A DNA stretch of 64,000 nucleotides from a virus. Positions 32,601 through 44,327 of the stretch are shown in pieces (positions within the stretch are counted from its first letter, which is position 1; each line of letters begins with the position of its first letter). Under the pieces are notes generated by a model. It was not told where the DNA came from. It searched no databases and was given only the letters and a program-made list of their open reading frames with translations. Location of the stretch: IMG/VR virus record IMGVR_UViG_3300042923_000524, positions 64,001-128,000 of that record; one strand, written 5' to 3'. The position numbers were made by a program, and so were the translations under genes.

Positions 32601-35600
32601 AAGGTGAAGGAATGGATTTTGAACAGGCACAAAAGTTTAATGATTTTAATGGAGCTTTAAGATTTGTAAATCACAATGAAGAATACGACAGTGACCATTG
32701 GAAAATATTTAAAGTAAAGATTGATTATGAAATATTAGTATAACAGCATCCCTTCCCTGTCTGATGAGAGCTTGATAGTAACAAGCCGAATCCTGCTATA
32801 ACAGAGCAGGAAACAGGAAACTGAAATAAATATTTAGGAGTGAAATATAAATGGAAAAGAACATGATAGAAATTAATAAAACAACTCGTATATCAATTGA
32901 CGATGATGGTATAATATCAATTCATCAATTAGATTGGAAAGGTAAAGACTATACAACTATTCATCTTAGCAAAGAGGCATTAAAGCAAATTACAGAGATA
33001 GTTGAAAAGGTATAACAGTAAAATCCAGACAAAACAGTAGTTTTATCAAAATATAAATTGAAAGGATGGAATAAAATGAATGATACAAAATTAGAAAATA
33101 TGATATTAACAACTAAACTATGTTTAGTAGAGGCAGAAACAAAAAGCCAAGATTTTAAAGACGGTGCAATATATATGTCAAAAAGTATTTTTAGTTCGTT
33201 GGGTATACCAGATAATGTTATAGAAAAATTTATAAAAGCATAACAGACAACGAAAGATAGATTTGGTCAAAATAAATAGATGAAAGAAGGAAAGAAAAAT
33301 GAAATTTGCAAAGTATTATAATGTAACAAACAAAATGAACGAAATGATTGAAAAGGGTGATTTATTTTCTTATGAAAAAGGTTTTTACAAAGGATTATAT
33401 ATCTGTAAAGATACTCATGATTTCTGGATTAGTAGAGTATTAGAAGGGTATAACAGCGAGTTTGAGCAAGAAGATGGAAAATGGTTGGTAGAGCGTAATA
33501 AAATAGATAAATATGACTTCTGTGAATTTTTAAAAGAAAAGAAAAATGATGATTCTATAATAACAGATAGACGTACTAGAGATTATTATATAGATGAATG
33601 TTTCCAAGATGAAGTAATAATGGAAACACTAATACTTATGGATGATGATAAAGGTCTTGAAGGATGGGATAACTATGAATGTGATAGTTATGAAGAGGCA
33701 GTTGAAGCCATTGATGGAGGCTACGGAATATTAACGACGTAGATACAATTATATTGTGTTAGGGTGCATTATAACAGAGTGCATCCAATAGAATATAAAT
33801 ATAAAATTAAGGAGGATTTAAAATGAATATAGTAAAAGAATTAGAGCAAATTCTACAACAGCCAAACTTTATGGGCAATGACAAATTAGGTTGTAATCTA
33901 GCAGTAAATCAAATACTAGATAAAATTGAAGAGCTAGGACTTGAAATAGTAGAAAAGAAATAATATAAATATCCCAATAAAATCAACATTCTGAGCCAAT
34001 TTAACGCTCTATAACAGATTGTTATAACAGAAAGGAGTCAATAGACCATGAGAACATTAAAAGAGATTTATCCACCTACAAATGAATTTAATATTATATA
34101 TGCTGAGTTAATCAAAGAGGATAATAATGAAGATTATATAAAAGTTAACATACAGTATCAAGACGAATCCACAGAACAAATTAAACTTTTAATGCATGAT
34201 GATTTATTAGAAGATATCAACAGATTATCAGATTTTGAACTTTGTTATGATATAACAGAAAATGTCTATTGGGACTAGGGAGGTATAACAGCCATGCAAT
34301 CAGCGAACCAGAGACAAACTGATTTTGAAGTACTAAAGACAACTAATATAAAATTAAACTATAACAGAAACCCAAATGAATTCAGCAAAACTATGAATAT
34401 CACAATAACAGCAGCAACATTTATTATGATGGTTTTTCTAGCAATAAAGTTTCTATCATAAAATACATATAACAGTCACAAATACATATAACAGCGAACT
34501 AAGGAGGGGTCACAGTGAATGCAATTAGAATAATAGGTATAGATACATTTGAATACTCACAAAGTAAGATAACAGCCGACATAACAACATACTGGAAAGA
34601 GTTGTATTGGAAGAATAACAGCTATTTGACGAGATACAGAACAGTTTATGAAAACACATTATAAACACAAATATAAAACTATTGACACGGAGTAAACATA
34701 TGTTAAGATTAAATTAATCAGAATAATCCAATATATTTAAGGAGTGAAAGAAATGAAAAAATCAGAATTAAAAACTGGAATGTGGTTAGAAGTAGAACAA
34801 AAATTTACCAATGTTACACTTATAAATATGGGAATGGTTTTATTAGATACTGAAAATGGAGATATAATTGTAGGTGAAACATGGATGCCATTAGATAGTC
34901 TTAATGAAGATTTAGAATATGAAAATTGTCATGTAAAAATAACAAAAATATATCAACCATCAAACAATATAGATTACCTTAGAAAAGAAAGTCCATTTAA
35001 TTTTAAATTTAGAGAAAACGAGTTAGTTTGGGAAAGAAAATAGAATGACAATAAAACAAGAATTTGGCTTGGAAGGGAGAAATAAAAAATGAAACAAACT
35101 TTTGAAGTGATGATAAATGAAAAGAATGGTAAGGTTACTATTGAAAATTTAGGAGAAACAAATTATGCTAATCAATTTATTTATAGGTTTGATAATAACG
35201 ATAGATTTACAGGATTTTACTGTGACGAATCAAAAATACAATCTATGTTTACTAAAATAAAAGAAAGTGAAATTAAAAGTCGTGAAAAGCAAATAAAACA
35301 ACTCCAAAAAGAAATTAAGATATTTGAAAAAGCTAAAATACCAACAATTCAATGAAATAAGAGTTTCAACGAAATAACGAAAGGAGAAGACAAATGACCA
35401 TTCCAGAAAAAGAAATATTAAGAAGCATTAGCTACTATACAAAAGAAATTGCACCTAAATGTGGAACTGAAGATTTTGACGATGATTCTATATATTGTTT
35501 GGGTATACTTACTGGATTGTTTATATCTCTAGGCAAAGGAAAAGAATTCACTGATATGATAAGAGCAGGAGAAGAAAAGTGGGCAAATTATGTGATTAAT

Positions 35601-36445
35601 TTATTAAAGACAGAATTTAAATTAAATGAAACAACTTCAAAATTAAATTAATAAAGGAGAATACTAAAATGAATTTTACATTATACGATGTCACTTTAAC
35701 AAATGGAACAGTTCAAAATACATACAGAAAAAGAGCAATTTGCCAAAGAGAAGCAATAATATTAGCTCAAGCCGATGCAATATTATCTGCAAATGGTTAT
35801 GATTTTGTATCTATAACTGAAATTAAATATTAATAATAAGGAGGTAAATATAAAAATGACATATTGTATAGGAATTAAAATCAATCACTGTATATTTGGC
35901 AGAGGTAAAATCTTAGACCGTGGATTTGAAAAGGATACTTATAAAATTGAATTTGATAAACCAATGGACGGAATTAAAATAAGAAATATCAATAAAGATA
36001 GAATATATTTGTGTTAGAAAAAATAATAAATTATAAAGGAAGGTTAATTATGTGCAAAGCAAAACAATATTCTGAGCAACTATTAAATATATACAAAAGC
36101 ATTGAAGAGGATATAAATACATACGATATTGAATTAAGAAAAACTGAGGGATATTTGCAAGATATTATGCACATTATTGAAAATGAAAACTTCAATGCAT
36201 CTGAAGGATATAAATTATCTAAAATGATTAAAGATGCCAGAATTGAAAGAAGAGATTTAAAGAATGAAATAGAAACACTCAATATTCTAAAGAAAACCTA
36301 TATACAGATGAGTAAAAAGCAACTTAATAAAACAAGTGAAAGTATAAAAGAGAAAGATAAGCAATTGGGTGAGTTAAAGGAAAAGAAAATATATGTTCCA
36401 AGAACTTTGAAGACAACTAATTTAAAATTAGTTGTGTCGAGATAG
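23657..36445 (+). CDS. Array of about 35 small early/accessory hypothetical genes
   Basis: Densely packed 45-230 aa ORFs, each with an AGGAG RBS, all on +. Confidence 0.7.
25857..26060 (+). CDS. Small PnuC-like membrane protein
   Basis: 67 aa, three TM segments, W..G.K....F..G...QVLWI..A.....YGL pattern. Confidence 0.45.
   Translation: MDWILSIVSMVMLWMMGNKNKYAPFIGIIAQVLWIYYAISLKQYGLLVGTIGYLVIHIRNAVKWQKN
27439..28314 (+). CDS. Orphan C5-cytosine DNA methyltransferase
   Basis: LSLFDGGSCG (I), LIGGSPC (IV), LLENV (VI), QDRERLYW (VIII), RKLTPIEYERLQ, GDGW (X). TTG start after AAAGGAGG. Confidence 0.92.
   Translation: MNVLSLFDGGSCGQVALQRANIKVEKYYASEINPNSVKVTQKNYPNTIQLGDVTQLNKEKLLNLGKIDLLIGGSPCEDLTITAIDRKDINKGLEGKKSKLFYNYVDALNIIKPKYFLLENVASMTKENIDIISSELGVKPILINSNLVSAQDRERLYWTNITGIAQPKNKEILLKHVLQRDVEEKFYYNKPFEFYGLDKKVCAKLLVNSHDLVKRVYNPDFKCATLTAVQGGYQEKKVYINSRVRKLTPIEYERLQTLPDNYTYGVSNTARYSICGDGWTVDIIAHIFKNI
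28654..28806 (+). pseudogene. Possible truncated SprT-like N-terminal fragment
   Basis: 50 aa ...LQNIASDLFRKYWNMDLTISVSVNPKM..., stops early and is followed by non-coding DNA. Confidence 0.25.
29298..29366 (+). ncRNA. Pistol self-cleaving ribozyme
   Basis: P1 CTCG/CGAG, loop ACTATG pairing with GCATAGA, TATAAACAG linker, P2 ACT/AGT, TTAA, GCGT, P3 TAACAGG/CCTGTTA, GGT cleavage segment. Same element order as the pistol consensus. Confidence 0.8.
31501..31572 (+). ncRNA. Pistol self-cleaving ribozyme (second copy)
   Basis: P1 ACAGG/CCTGT, loop TCACAG pairing with GCTGTGA, ATAAATAG, P2 TGCT/AGCA, TTAA, GCGT, P3 GTCAAGG/CCTTGAC, GAT at the cleavage segment. Confidence 0.8.
32752..32820 (+). ncRNA. 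Hammerhead-like RNA with a non-canonical core
   Basis: Stem I CCTGT/ACAGG, CTGATGA, stem II G(A)GCTTG/CAAGCC, GAA, stem III TCCTGCT/AGCAGGA. The 15.1-16.1 pair is U-A rather than A-U. Confidence 0.5.
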
Positions 36446-36482
36446 GATAATATAAAACGAATATAAAAGAAAGGATGATTAA

Positions 36483-37268
36483 ATGCCATTAAGTGCTGAA
36501 GAAAAGAAAGTAAGAGCAGACAAACGTAAACAAGATAAATATAATAAAGAACATAAAATTATCAACGAAACTTTATATAAATGGTGTACTGAAGATGAAC
36601 ATTGGGTTATTTGTGATGAAAAACATTTTTATATAAATAAAAGTAATACCGTTGATAATTTTAGTAATAGATGTATAGAATGTGAAAAGAAACGTGCAAT
36701 GCAATGGAAGATAAATAATAGACCAAGAGTAAGAAAATCAGCTAGAAAATATAATGCTAAACCCCATATCAAATTAAAAATGAGAGAAGCATCTAAAAAG
36801 CAAAGAGAAGAAGGATATCAAGTAAAATACCAACAAGAAAATAAAGAGCAAATAAACCAATATAGTAAAAATAGACAGCAAAAGAATCATAGAATTACCA
36901 AAGAAGAATGGGAAAATTGTAAACATTACTTTGCCAATAGATGTGCGTACTGTGGTTTAGGTATTGAAAACCATTTAGTTATGAAGAAAGGTAAAATGGA
37001 ATACCATGATTTACATAAAGAACATGCTATACATGATGGTAAAGATAATTTATCAAATTGTATTCCATCGTGTCGAAGTTGTAATGATAAAAAATGGAAG
37101 TTTACATTAAACCAATGGTATAATTTAAGTAATCCAATTTATACATATGAAAGATACCACAAGATTTATCAATGGTTAAGATATGATTATAAAAAATATA
37201 TACATAAAAAGAAACAAAAAGGTAAATATGTTAAAAAGAATATGGAATATTGGGATAATAAAAAATAA
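36483..37268 (+). CDS. HNH endonuclease
   Basis: CAYCG...HKEHAIHDGKDNLSNCIPSCRSCNDKK; N-terminal Cys motif. Confidence 0.8.
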   Translation: MPLSAEEKKVRADKRKQDKYNKEHKIINETLYKWCTEDEHWVICDEKHFYINKSNTVDNFSNRCIECEKKRAMQWKINNRPRVRKSARKYNAKPHIKLKMREASKKQREEGYQVKYQQENKEQINQYSKNRQQKNHRITKEEWENCKHYFANRCAYCGLGIENHLVMKKGKMEYHDLHKEHAIHDGKDNLSNCIPSCRSCNDKKWKFTLNQWYNLSNPIYTYERYHKIYQWLRYDYKKYIHKKKQKGKYVKKNMEYWDNKK

Positions 37269-37359
37269 TGTTATATTTAGCACTTTACAACATTATCCAA
37301 CATATGATATATTAAATACAAATATAAAATTAATATAATAATAAAAGGGATGTGAAACT

Positions 37360-38235
37360 ATGAAATCTGAAAACAAATTACTCAACAATTTTCTTCTAGC
37401 TTTAAAATCAAAAGGAAGGTCACAGAACACAATAACATCATATGAGATAGATAACATCCAGTTACTTAATTACATACGAGAGAAAAGGCATATAGAAGCA
37501 TCTATAGATACATTTGATAAAGAGTTTTTTAATTCTGTAGGGTATCAGGATTTAGAATTCTATATGAATTATTTAACGCAAAAAAACAAAGCAGAATCAT
37601 CCAGAGCAAGGAAAGTGTCAAGTATTAAAGAGTTTTTTAAATATATAACAAAGATGAAAGTTATTACAATCAATCCTGCATTGGATTTAGAAGCTCCTTC
37701 AATACCAGAGAGAAATCCTAAATATAAAAACACAGAAGAATGCAAAACAATGCTTCAGAACATAAAAAGCAGAAATAAAGAAAGAGATTTGGCAATCATA
37801 ACATTATTTATCAATCTAGGTTTGCGTGTCTCTGAATTAGTTGGAATTGATTTAGATGATATAAAAGAGAATAAAGTTAGAGTTATCAGAAAAGGTAATG
37901 AAGAAAAGAACATGAGATTAAATGAATATTGTATAGATGCAATCAATAAGTATTTAGAAGTTAGAAAAACAACTGATGAAAAAGCATTATTTATTAGTGA
38001 ACGTGGTACTAGAATTAGCGTTAAAGAAATTAGATATCTAACTTATAAATATGGTAATATTAATCCTCATGCCTTGAGACATAGTTGTTTTACAAACTTA
38101 TTAAGTACAGGAAAGGTTAATATTCGTAAGATACAAGAGTTAGCAAACCATAAAAATATTCAAACTACAGTTCGATATACACATATTACGGAAGATGAAA
38201 TGCAAGAAACTGTTAATGCAAACCCATACTATTAA
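37360..38235 (+). CDS. XerC/D-like tyrosine recombinase
   Basis: SAM-like N-terminus; GLRVSEL (R), HALRH, LANHKNIQTTVRY. Catalytic set appears complete. Confidence 0.92.
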   Translation: MKSENKLLNNFLLALKSKGRSQNTITSYEIDNIQLLNYIREKRHIEASIDTFDKEFFNSVGYQDLEFYMNYLTQKNKAESSRARKVSSIKEFFKYITKMKVITINPALDLEAPSIPERNPKYKNTEECKTMLQNIKSRNKERDLAIITLFINLGLRVSELVGIDLDDIKENKVRVIRKGNEEKNMRLNEYCIDAINKYLEVRKTTDEKALFISERGTRISVKEIRYLTYKYGNINPHALRHSCFTNLLSTGKVNIRKIQELANHKNIQTTVRYTHITEDEMQETVNANPYY

Positions 38236-39747
38236 TTAATATAAAAATTAAAAGGAGAGTGTATTAAATGTCATTAGCAACATTTAAATCAGAACATGAT
38301 GATTGGCAACAATTTATGCAGGAAGAACACTCAATGGAAGAGTATATACAAAAATTTGACATAAAACTTACTAGAGAAGATATATTTGGGATTGCTAAAC
38401 AGGCTTTAATGATTGAGTATATAAAAGATTTAGCAATTATAATGAATTATAAAGTAATTGAGTAGGGGTGGGAGTATGAGTGAAAAAGTAGAAAAAGCAA
38501 TAGATATATCAAAGTATAAACTAGGGCAAGTAATTAAAGACTTAAAATGTCCTCGTTGTAAAAGCAAAGGAGGAATGCGACTTATGGGGTTATATCATAG
38601 AGAAACAAATTCACACGAATTAGAATGCAGTTGCTTTTACACCCAACGTGTATACCCAAAGAATGTTGAATTTACATATGAAGAACCTAAAGAACCAAAG
38701 AGAAAGAAAGGAGATAATAATTAATGAAAATTATAATGTTAAATATAAAATGGTTTTTAGTTTCAAGTATAACATTTTTCTTAATGAGTGCTATGATATA
38801 TCTATTTCAAGATGATATAGAGCGTTTTGCGACAAGAATTATAACGTCTTTGGTTATGGCTTTAGTATTTAGACTAATGGGTTTAAACGAAAAGGAATAA
38901 CAATAAAATTTATCATTTATTGAAAGGAGATAGTTTATGTTAAAATTAAAAGAATTAAAACAAACTTGTAGTTGTTGTCCTAGTCAATGGGAAGGAACAA
39001 CTAAAGAAGGCAAGTATGTTTATATTAGATGTGATAATAATGAACTTGAAGTCGAAACAGCAAAGAACGAAGAAGATTGGTATAAAGGTAAATTTAAAGT
39101 GGTATTTGTTGATTATAACAGTGATTATGGTGATGTAATGGATACTAATGAAATGTTGTCTCGTACAGGAATTCAACTCATATAGTCTCATCCAATTTCT
39201 CATTTGGTTAGCATTTTGAAAGGAGATTAATATGTTCGATTTTATAGCATGGTTATTTTTTCATATTTGTAAAATAGTATTTTTACCAGTGTTTATGCTA
39301 ATATTCTTTATAAAACATTTAGTATATGCACTAGGTAAAACTTTGGAAGATTGTAGTCATATATTATTGGCTAAGTTTCCAGAAAATAATTAAATACTAA
39401 TATAAAATTTATATAAAAAATATGTTGACAGGTTTAGAAATATTTGATAAGATTGGTTTAAGATATTAAATAATATTTTGGAGGTAATCGATATGGATAT
39501 GGATATTAAATCTATAAAGAGTAATGAATTAAAAACACAAGTTGATTTAGTATGTACTCACTGTGGAAAAGAGCATGATATCTTAAAGTCAAAAGAAGGA
39601 AAAGATTTTGTTTTTGAAACAGATTGCACTGAAGAATGGTGTATATGTGTTGATTGTCAAAATAAATGTAATCAATAGATTTCGTCCGAATATTAGATTT
39701 ATAGAAATATTAAAAAAATAATATAAAAATAAAAAGGAGAGAAAGAA

Positions 39748-41784
39748 ATGGAATTTAAAAATTTTAAGAGGTTGTTACAAGAAAACTTTAAACAAATGTC
39801 ACAAGATGTAACTCATTTATTTGAGGTCGAAGTTGACAAAGATGAGCTGTGGAATCTATATTTAGATAGTTTTCCAACAGGTACTAATGAAATCTATAGG
39901 GAAAGAAGGGAATACGATTGTAGTTGTTGTAGGCACTTTATAAAGAACGTTGGTAATGCAGTAGTAATTAAAGACAATCAAGTTAAAACTATTTGGGATT
40001 TTGAAACAAATAGCACAACATTTCAACCAGTAGTGAATGCTTTATCTAAATACATAAAATCTAAAATTGTCTCAGATGTTTGGATAAGCAAATTTAAGAC
40101 CATAGGCACTGATAAAAATTATGAGCAATTAGATGGAAAAGTAACTGAATGGACTCATTTATATTTAGAATTGCCAGATAAATTTGTAGATAAGAGTGGT
40201 AGGTCAGAAGGGGATATTAAAGGTCAATACAGAGACATTAGAAATGTTTTTAAACGTTCTTTGGATGAATTAACCGAAGATTCTATTCTAACAGTATTAG
40301 AGCTAATTTCATCAAATACACTATATAAAGGTGAAGAATGGAAACAGCAACTTACATTATTTCTACAACACAAGAAAGCATATATCAAACTAACTGATTT
40401 AGAAAAAGAAAATTATACATGGGAACAATCAGTTAAGGTTGGTGCGGTTATTGGTAAAATCAGAAATCATTCTATTGGAACATTGCTTATAAACATCAGT
40501 GAAGGAATGGATTTAGATACAGCAGTAAGAAAGTATGAAGTTATTGTTGCTCCAACTAATTATAAAAGACCTAAAGCAATCTTTACTCAAAAGATGCTAG
40601 ATGATGCCAAGAAAACAATAGAAGAGTTAGGATATATGGAATCTCTAAGCAGAAGATATGCTATGCTTGATGATATTACAGTAAATAATATTCTGTTTTC
40701 TAACAAAGATTCTGCCAAAAGAATAGCTAATGCAGATATATTTGCAGAAATGTCAGGAGAAGCTGCCGTTAATCCTAAGAAATTCTCAAAGGTTGAAGAA
40801 GTTTCAATAGACAATTTTATAAACAATATATTACCAACAACCAAAGAACTTGAAGTACTATTAGAGAATAAACACTCTAATAGCATGGTATCACTTATAG
40901 CACCAGAAAATAAAGATAGCAAAACAATGTTCAAATGGGATAATAATTTTAGTTGGGCATATTCAGGAAATATAACTGATAGCTTGATGAAAGAAAGAGT
41001 AAAATCTGCTGGTGGTAAAGTTGATGGAGATTTAAGGTTCTCAATCCAATGGAATGATATTTCAAGAGATATGTGTGATTTAGATGCTCATTGTATTGAA
41101 CCAAGTAGATATGAAATTTACTACGGAAATAGAAGGCAAACTTCACCATCAAAAGGCACTCTTGATGTAGATATTATTAGTCCACAAAATGGAGTTCCTG
41201 CGGTTGAAAATATCACATATGAAGATAGAAAGTTTATGAAGGATGGAGATTATAAATTCTTTGTATATTATTTCTCAGGTAGACCAAACAATGGATTTAG
41301 AGCTGAAATAGAATTTGATGGTCAAATATACTCTTTTGAAAGCAAAGAAAACAACCCATCTAGCAGGATAGTTGAAGTGGCAACTGTAACTTTAAAGAAT
41401 GGTCAATTTACAATAAAAGAACATTTACAATCTTCAATGTCTTCAAAAGAAGTTTGGAATTTAAAGACAAATAACTTTGTACCAGTTTCAGTTGTTATGT
41501 ATTCACCTAACTATTGGAATGAACAAGATGGTATAGGGCATAGACATTACTTCTTTATGTTAAAAGACTGTGTAAATCCAGAACAACCTAATGGCTTCTA
41601 TAATGAGTTTTTAAAAGAAGATTTAATGAAACATAAGCATGTATTTGAAGCTCTTGGTGGCAAGATGAGAGTTAAAGATGTTGATGACCAATTATCAGGA
41701 TTGGGATTTTCATCAACTAAAAGGAACGAACTATTAGTTAAAGTAAAAGGTCAAACAGAAAGAATAATTAAAATAAAAATATAA
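39748..41784 (+). CDS. Large phage protein of unknown function (678 aa)
   Basis: Long ORF with YDCSCCRHF near the N-terminus and [26 protein letters not shown] in the C-terminal half. Confidence 0.7.
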   Translation: MEFKNFKRLLQENFKQMSQDVTHLFEVEVDKDELWNLYLDSFPTGTNEIYRERREYDCSCCRHFIKNVGNAVVIKDNQVKTIWDFETNSTTFQPVVNALSKYIKSKIVSDVWISKFKTIGTDKNYEQLDGKVTEWTHLYLELPDKFVDKSGRSEGDIKGQYRDIRNVFKRSLDELTEDSILTVLELISSNTLYKGEEWKQQLTLFLQHKKAYIKLTDLEKENYTWEQSVKVGAVIGKIRNHSIGTLLINISEGMDLDTAVRKYEVIVAPTNYKRPKAIFTQKMLDDAKKTIEELGYMESLSRRYAMLDDITVNNILFSNKDSAKRIANADIFAEMSGEAAVNPKKFSKVEEVSIDNFINNILPTTKELEVLLENKHSNSMVSLIAPENKDSKTMFKWDNNFSWAYSGNITDSLMKERVKSAGGKVDGDLRFSIQWNDISRDMCDLDAHCIEPSRYEIYYGNRRQTSPSKGTLDVDIISPQNGVPAVENITYEDRKFMKDGDYKFFVYYFSGRPNNGFRAEIEFDGQIYSFESKENNPSSRIVEVATVTLKNGQFTIKEHLQSSMSSKEVWNLKTNNFVPVSVVMYSPNYWNEQDGIGHRHYFFMLKDCVNPEQPNGFYNEFLKEDLMKHKHVFEALGGKMRVKDVDDQLSGLGFSSTKRNELLVKVKGQTERIIKIKI

Positions 41785-41799
41785 AATTAAAAAGGAGAA

Positions 41800-42195
41800 A
41801 TGAAAAATATGAATGAAAAAATGTTTGAAATGGCAGTAAGAACAAAAATGAGGTTTCCATTTAAGGGAATGGTATCAGTTGAGGATTTGTGGGATTTAAA
41901 TGTAAGAGACTTGGATTTGGTTTTTAAATCCTTGAATTCACAGTTAAAGCAGGTAAAAGAAGAAAGTTTGCTTAATGTTAGAACAAAACAAGATGAAGAA
42001 ATTGACTTGAAAATTGAAATTGTTAAGCATATAGTTAGTATTAAGTTAGAAGAAGAACAATTGAGAAATAAAGCCAAAGAAAACAGAGAAAAGAAGCAAA
42101 GAATATTGGAGATTTTATCAACGAAGCAAGATGCAGATTTACAAAACAAATCGCCTGAAGAACTTATGAAGATGCTTAATGAACTAGATAATTAA
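41800..42195 (+). CDS. Coiled-coil partner protein (131 aa)
   Basis: MRFPFKGMVSVEDLWDL N-terminus; 15 nt after the 678-aa gene. Confidence 0.65.
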   Translation: MKNMNEKMFEMAVRTKMRFPFKGMVSVEDLWDLNVRDLDLVFKSLNSQLKQVKEESLLNVRTKQDEEIDLKIEIVKHIVSIKLEEEQLRNKAKENREKKQRILEILSTKQDADLQNKSPEELMKMLNELDN

Positions 42196-42894
42196 AGATG
42201 GTATAATATATTAGTATACAGGGTTTTATTTCCTGTATACTAATATTAAAACCTAGTAATTGCAACAGGTATAGAAGTTAAATGTTTCGATGAAATGTCA
42301 ATTCTGTCTAGAAAGGAGTTTTGTATGTTAGAATATGAATATTGGGATGTTAAAAAAACAAATAAAACTAATGAAGGATTAATAACTGCTGTTGAGTTAA
42401 GAGATAAAGATTATAATGCATTACAACTTGATTTTAAATGGGACGGTTGTATTAATCTTTGGAAGTATTATAATGGCTATACTCCAGATGATGATTCTGA
42501 AGAAGCTAGAGAAAATATGGATTACATTCATATTTGTGATTTAGAAGAGTTTATAAATCAATTACAAGAAGTCTTAGTTATTGCAAAAGATATATTAGGT
42601 GAAGAAAAATATGAACGTGATTTTAGATAAAAAGAAGATTTTAAAGATATATAATAATTATTTAACAACATTAAAGGAGGAATGAAGATGGTTCAATATA
42701 TATGGGGCGTTATGGCAATTTGCAGTATTACATGGATATTATATTTAACTTTAAAATATAGAAAGTGTATACCTAATATAGTAGCATTGGCAATTAATTT
42801 ACAATCTTTATTATTGTTGGTCATAGTTATTGGCAATATCTATTCAAGATAATTAGTTACAATAAATTATAAAAATAAATATAAAATTTATTTG

Positions 42895-42932
42895 AAATGC
42901 ATATTGCATTTGTTTCCGACATATAATATAAT
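42895..42932 (+). promoter_or_regulatory. sigmaA promoter of the mazF-TPR-peptide locus with a palindromic operator over the -35
   Basis: TTGCAT(42904)-17-TATAAT(42927); AAATGCA-TAT-TGCATTT inverted repeat at 42895-42911. Confidence 0.7.
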
Positions 42933-42967
42933 AAGCATAATAACAAATATAAAAATTATATAAAGGA

Positions 42968-43636
42968 GTGGTAATTGAAATGACAACATGCATTCAAAAC
43001 ATTAATAGTCACACTACATACGATAAACCAATAAACACACTAATCAACGCAGCACAAAAATTATTAGAGGTACGGAAAGGTGATTTGATATTTGTAGACT
43101 TTGACCAACTAATAAAAAGTGGTAGAGACCATAGTATACAATCGAAACCTAGACCAGCGGTAGTTTTAAGCAATAACGTTGGAAACAAGTTTTCACCTAC
43201 TATTTGGGTGGCAACATTAACTTCTAATCTTAACAAAAATAAACTACCAACACATGTAAAAGTATCTGAAGAAACAGGACTTAGATTTGATTCGTTGGTT
43301 TTAGTAGAACAGGTATTCACAATTGACAAAAAACTTATATTATCAAAAGTGGGGAAATGTTCAGCACATATAATGGAGCAAATTGACACAGCAGTTAAAA
43401 TTCAAGCAGGTACAATTGATTTAGAGTATATAGAAGATACAGTTAATTGGATTAATAAAGTAGAGTGCGAAGCTCGAATAAATGGGTTTGACCCAGAGGA
43501 TGCAAGATTACACACTAGACTAGTTAAGGAATTGCAATCTTATTGTAATCAATATGGATATGATTATACTAAGGTATTAAAAGAAAAAACATTTATAAAA
43601 GTCTCCGTGGACAATAGAAAACAAAATGCAATGTAA
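42968..43636 (+). CDS. MazF/PemK endoribonuclease with a C-terminal extension of about 65 aa
   Basis: KGDLIFVDF...SKPRPAVVLSN...PTIWVATLTS...PTHV...DSLVLVEQVFTIDK. Catalytic Arg/Thr positions are kept and no upstream antitoxin gene is seen. Confidence 0.85.
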   Translation: MVIEMTTCIQNINSHTTYDKPINTLINAAQKLLEVRKGDLIFVDFDQLIKSGRDHSIQSKPRPAVVLSNNVGNKFSPTIWVATLTSNLNKNKLPTHVKVSEETGLRFDSLVLVEQVFTIDKKLILSKVGKCSAHIMEQIDTAVKIQAGTIDLEYIEDTVNWINKVECEARINGFDPEDARLHTRLVKELQSYCNQYGYDYTKVLKEKTFIKVSVDNRKQNAM

Positions 43637-43645
43637 AATATAAAA

Positions 43646-44305
43646 ATGGAGGACGGCATGATGAACAATAATTTTGTAGGGGAACAGAATGAGGTTAGAA
43701 CTTTTATAGATAAAAGTAAATTTAATGAAGCAATTTTTAAATGTAAAACAGTATTAGAAACATTAAACGATAATTATATCGAAGATAATCACAACAAATG
43801 GTTTTTTAATCTAAGAATTGCAATATGTTATAGAAAAAAAGGTCAATTTAAAAAAGCATTAAATTATGTATTTGAAAGTAAAAACTACACAAATGATTTA
43901 AAAGAGCATATGGAATGTAATTGGGTTTTAGGAAATTGTTATTACTCTATGAAGTTATATAAAAAAGCTACACTATTTTTTAGACAATGCAGTGACTACT
44001 TTACAAACAACAACATGGAAGATGAACGTATTCATATGGATTTCAACATTGCAAAAATTGAAAATGACGATGTAAAAATTAATAGACTTTTGATTGAAGC
44101 TTATAATATGGTAAATATCGATGCCGATTCTCTAAGTAATGCAGAGTGGTTTTTCAACAACGCTTATGAAACCCTCTGCGAAATATACATAGATAGAAAT
44201 CAATTAGAAATTTTTGAAGAAACTATTGTTAAAATTAAAGATAGAAATATTGTTGATGATTTACGAAATAGAATGCAAGTGGTGAATATCACTAACATTT
44301 TATAA
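43646..44305 (+). CDS. TPR protein, candidate RRNPP-type peptide receptor
   Basis: TPR-like repeats LRIAICYRKKGQFKKALNY and LGNCYYSMKLYKKATLFF; directly followed by a secreted-peptide gene. Confidence 0.7.
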   Translation: MEDGMMNNNFVGEQNEVRTFIDKSKFNEAIFKCKTVLETLNDNYIEDNHNKWFFNLRIAICYRKKGQFKKALNYVFESKNYTNDLKEHMECNWVLGNCYYSMKLYKKATLFFRQCSDYFTNNNMEDERIHMDFNIAKIENDDVKINRLLIEAYNMVNIDADSLSNAEWFFNNAYETLCEIYIDRNQLEIFEETIVKIKDRNIVDDLRNRMQVVNITNIL

Positions 44306-44327
44306 TATAAAACAAGGAGGAAAAAGA

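Larger units (their letters stand above)
30631..34494 (+). repeat. Polar cluster of TATAACAG octamers
   Basis: 19 exact copies counted by eye, all on +, in coding and intergenic DNA. Confidence 0.85.

Noticed and set aside
37360-38235. Prophage attachment site / host junction next to the recombinase
   Set aside because: Phage-type genes continue on both sides and no tRNA or host gene is visible, so no att site can be supported.
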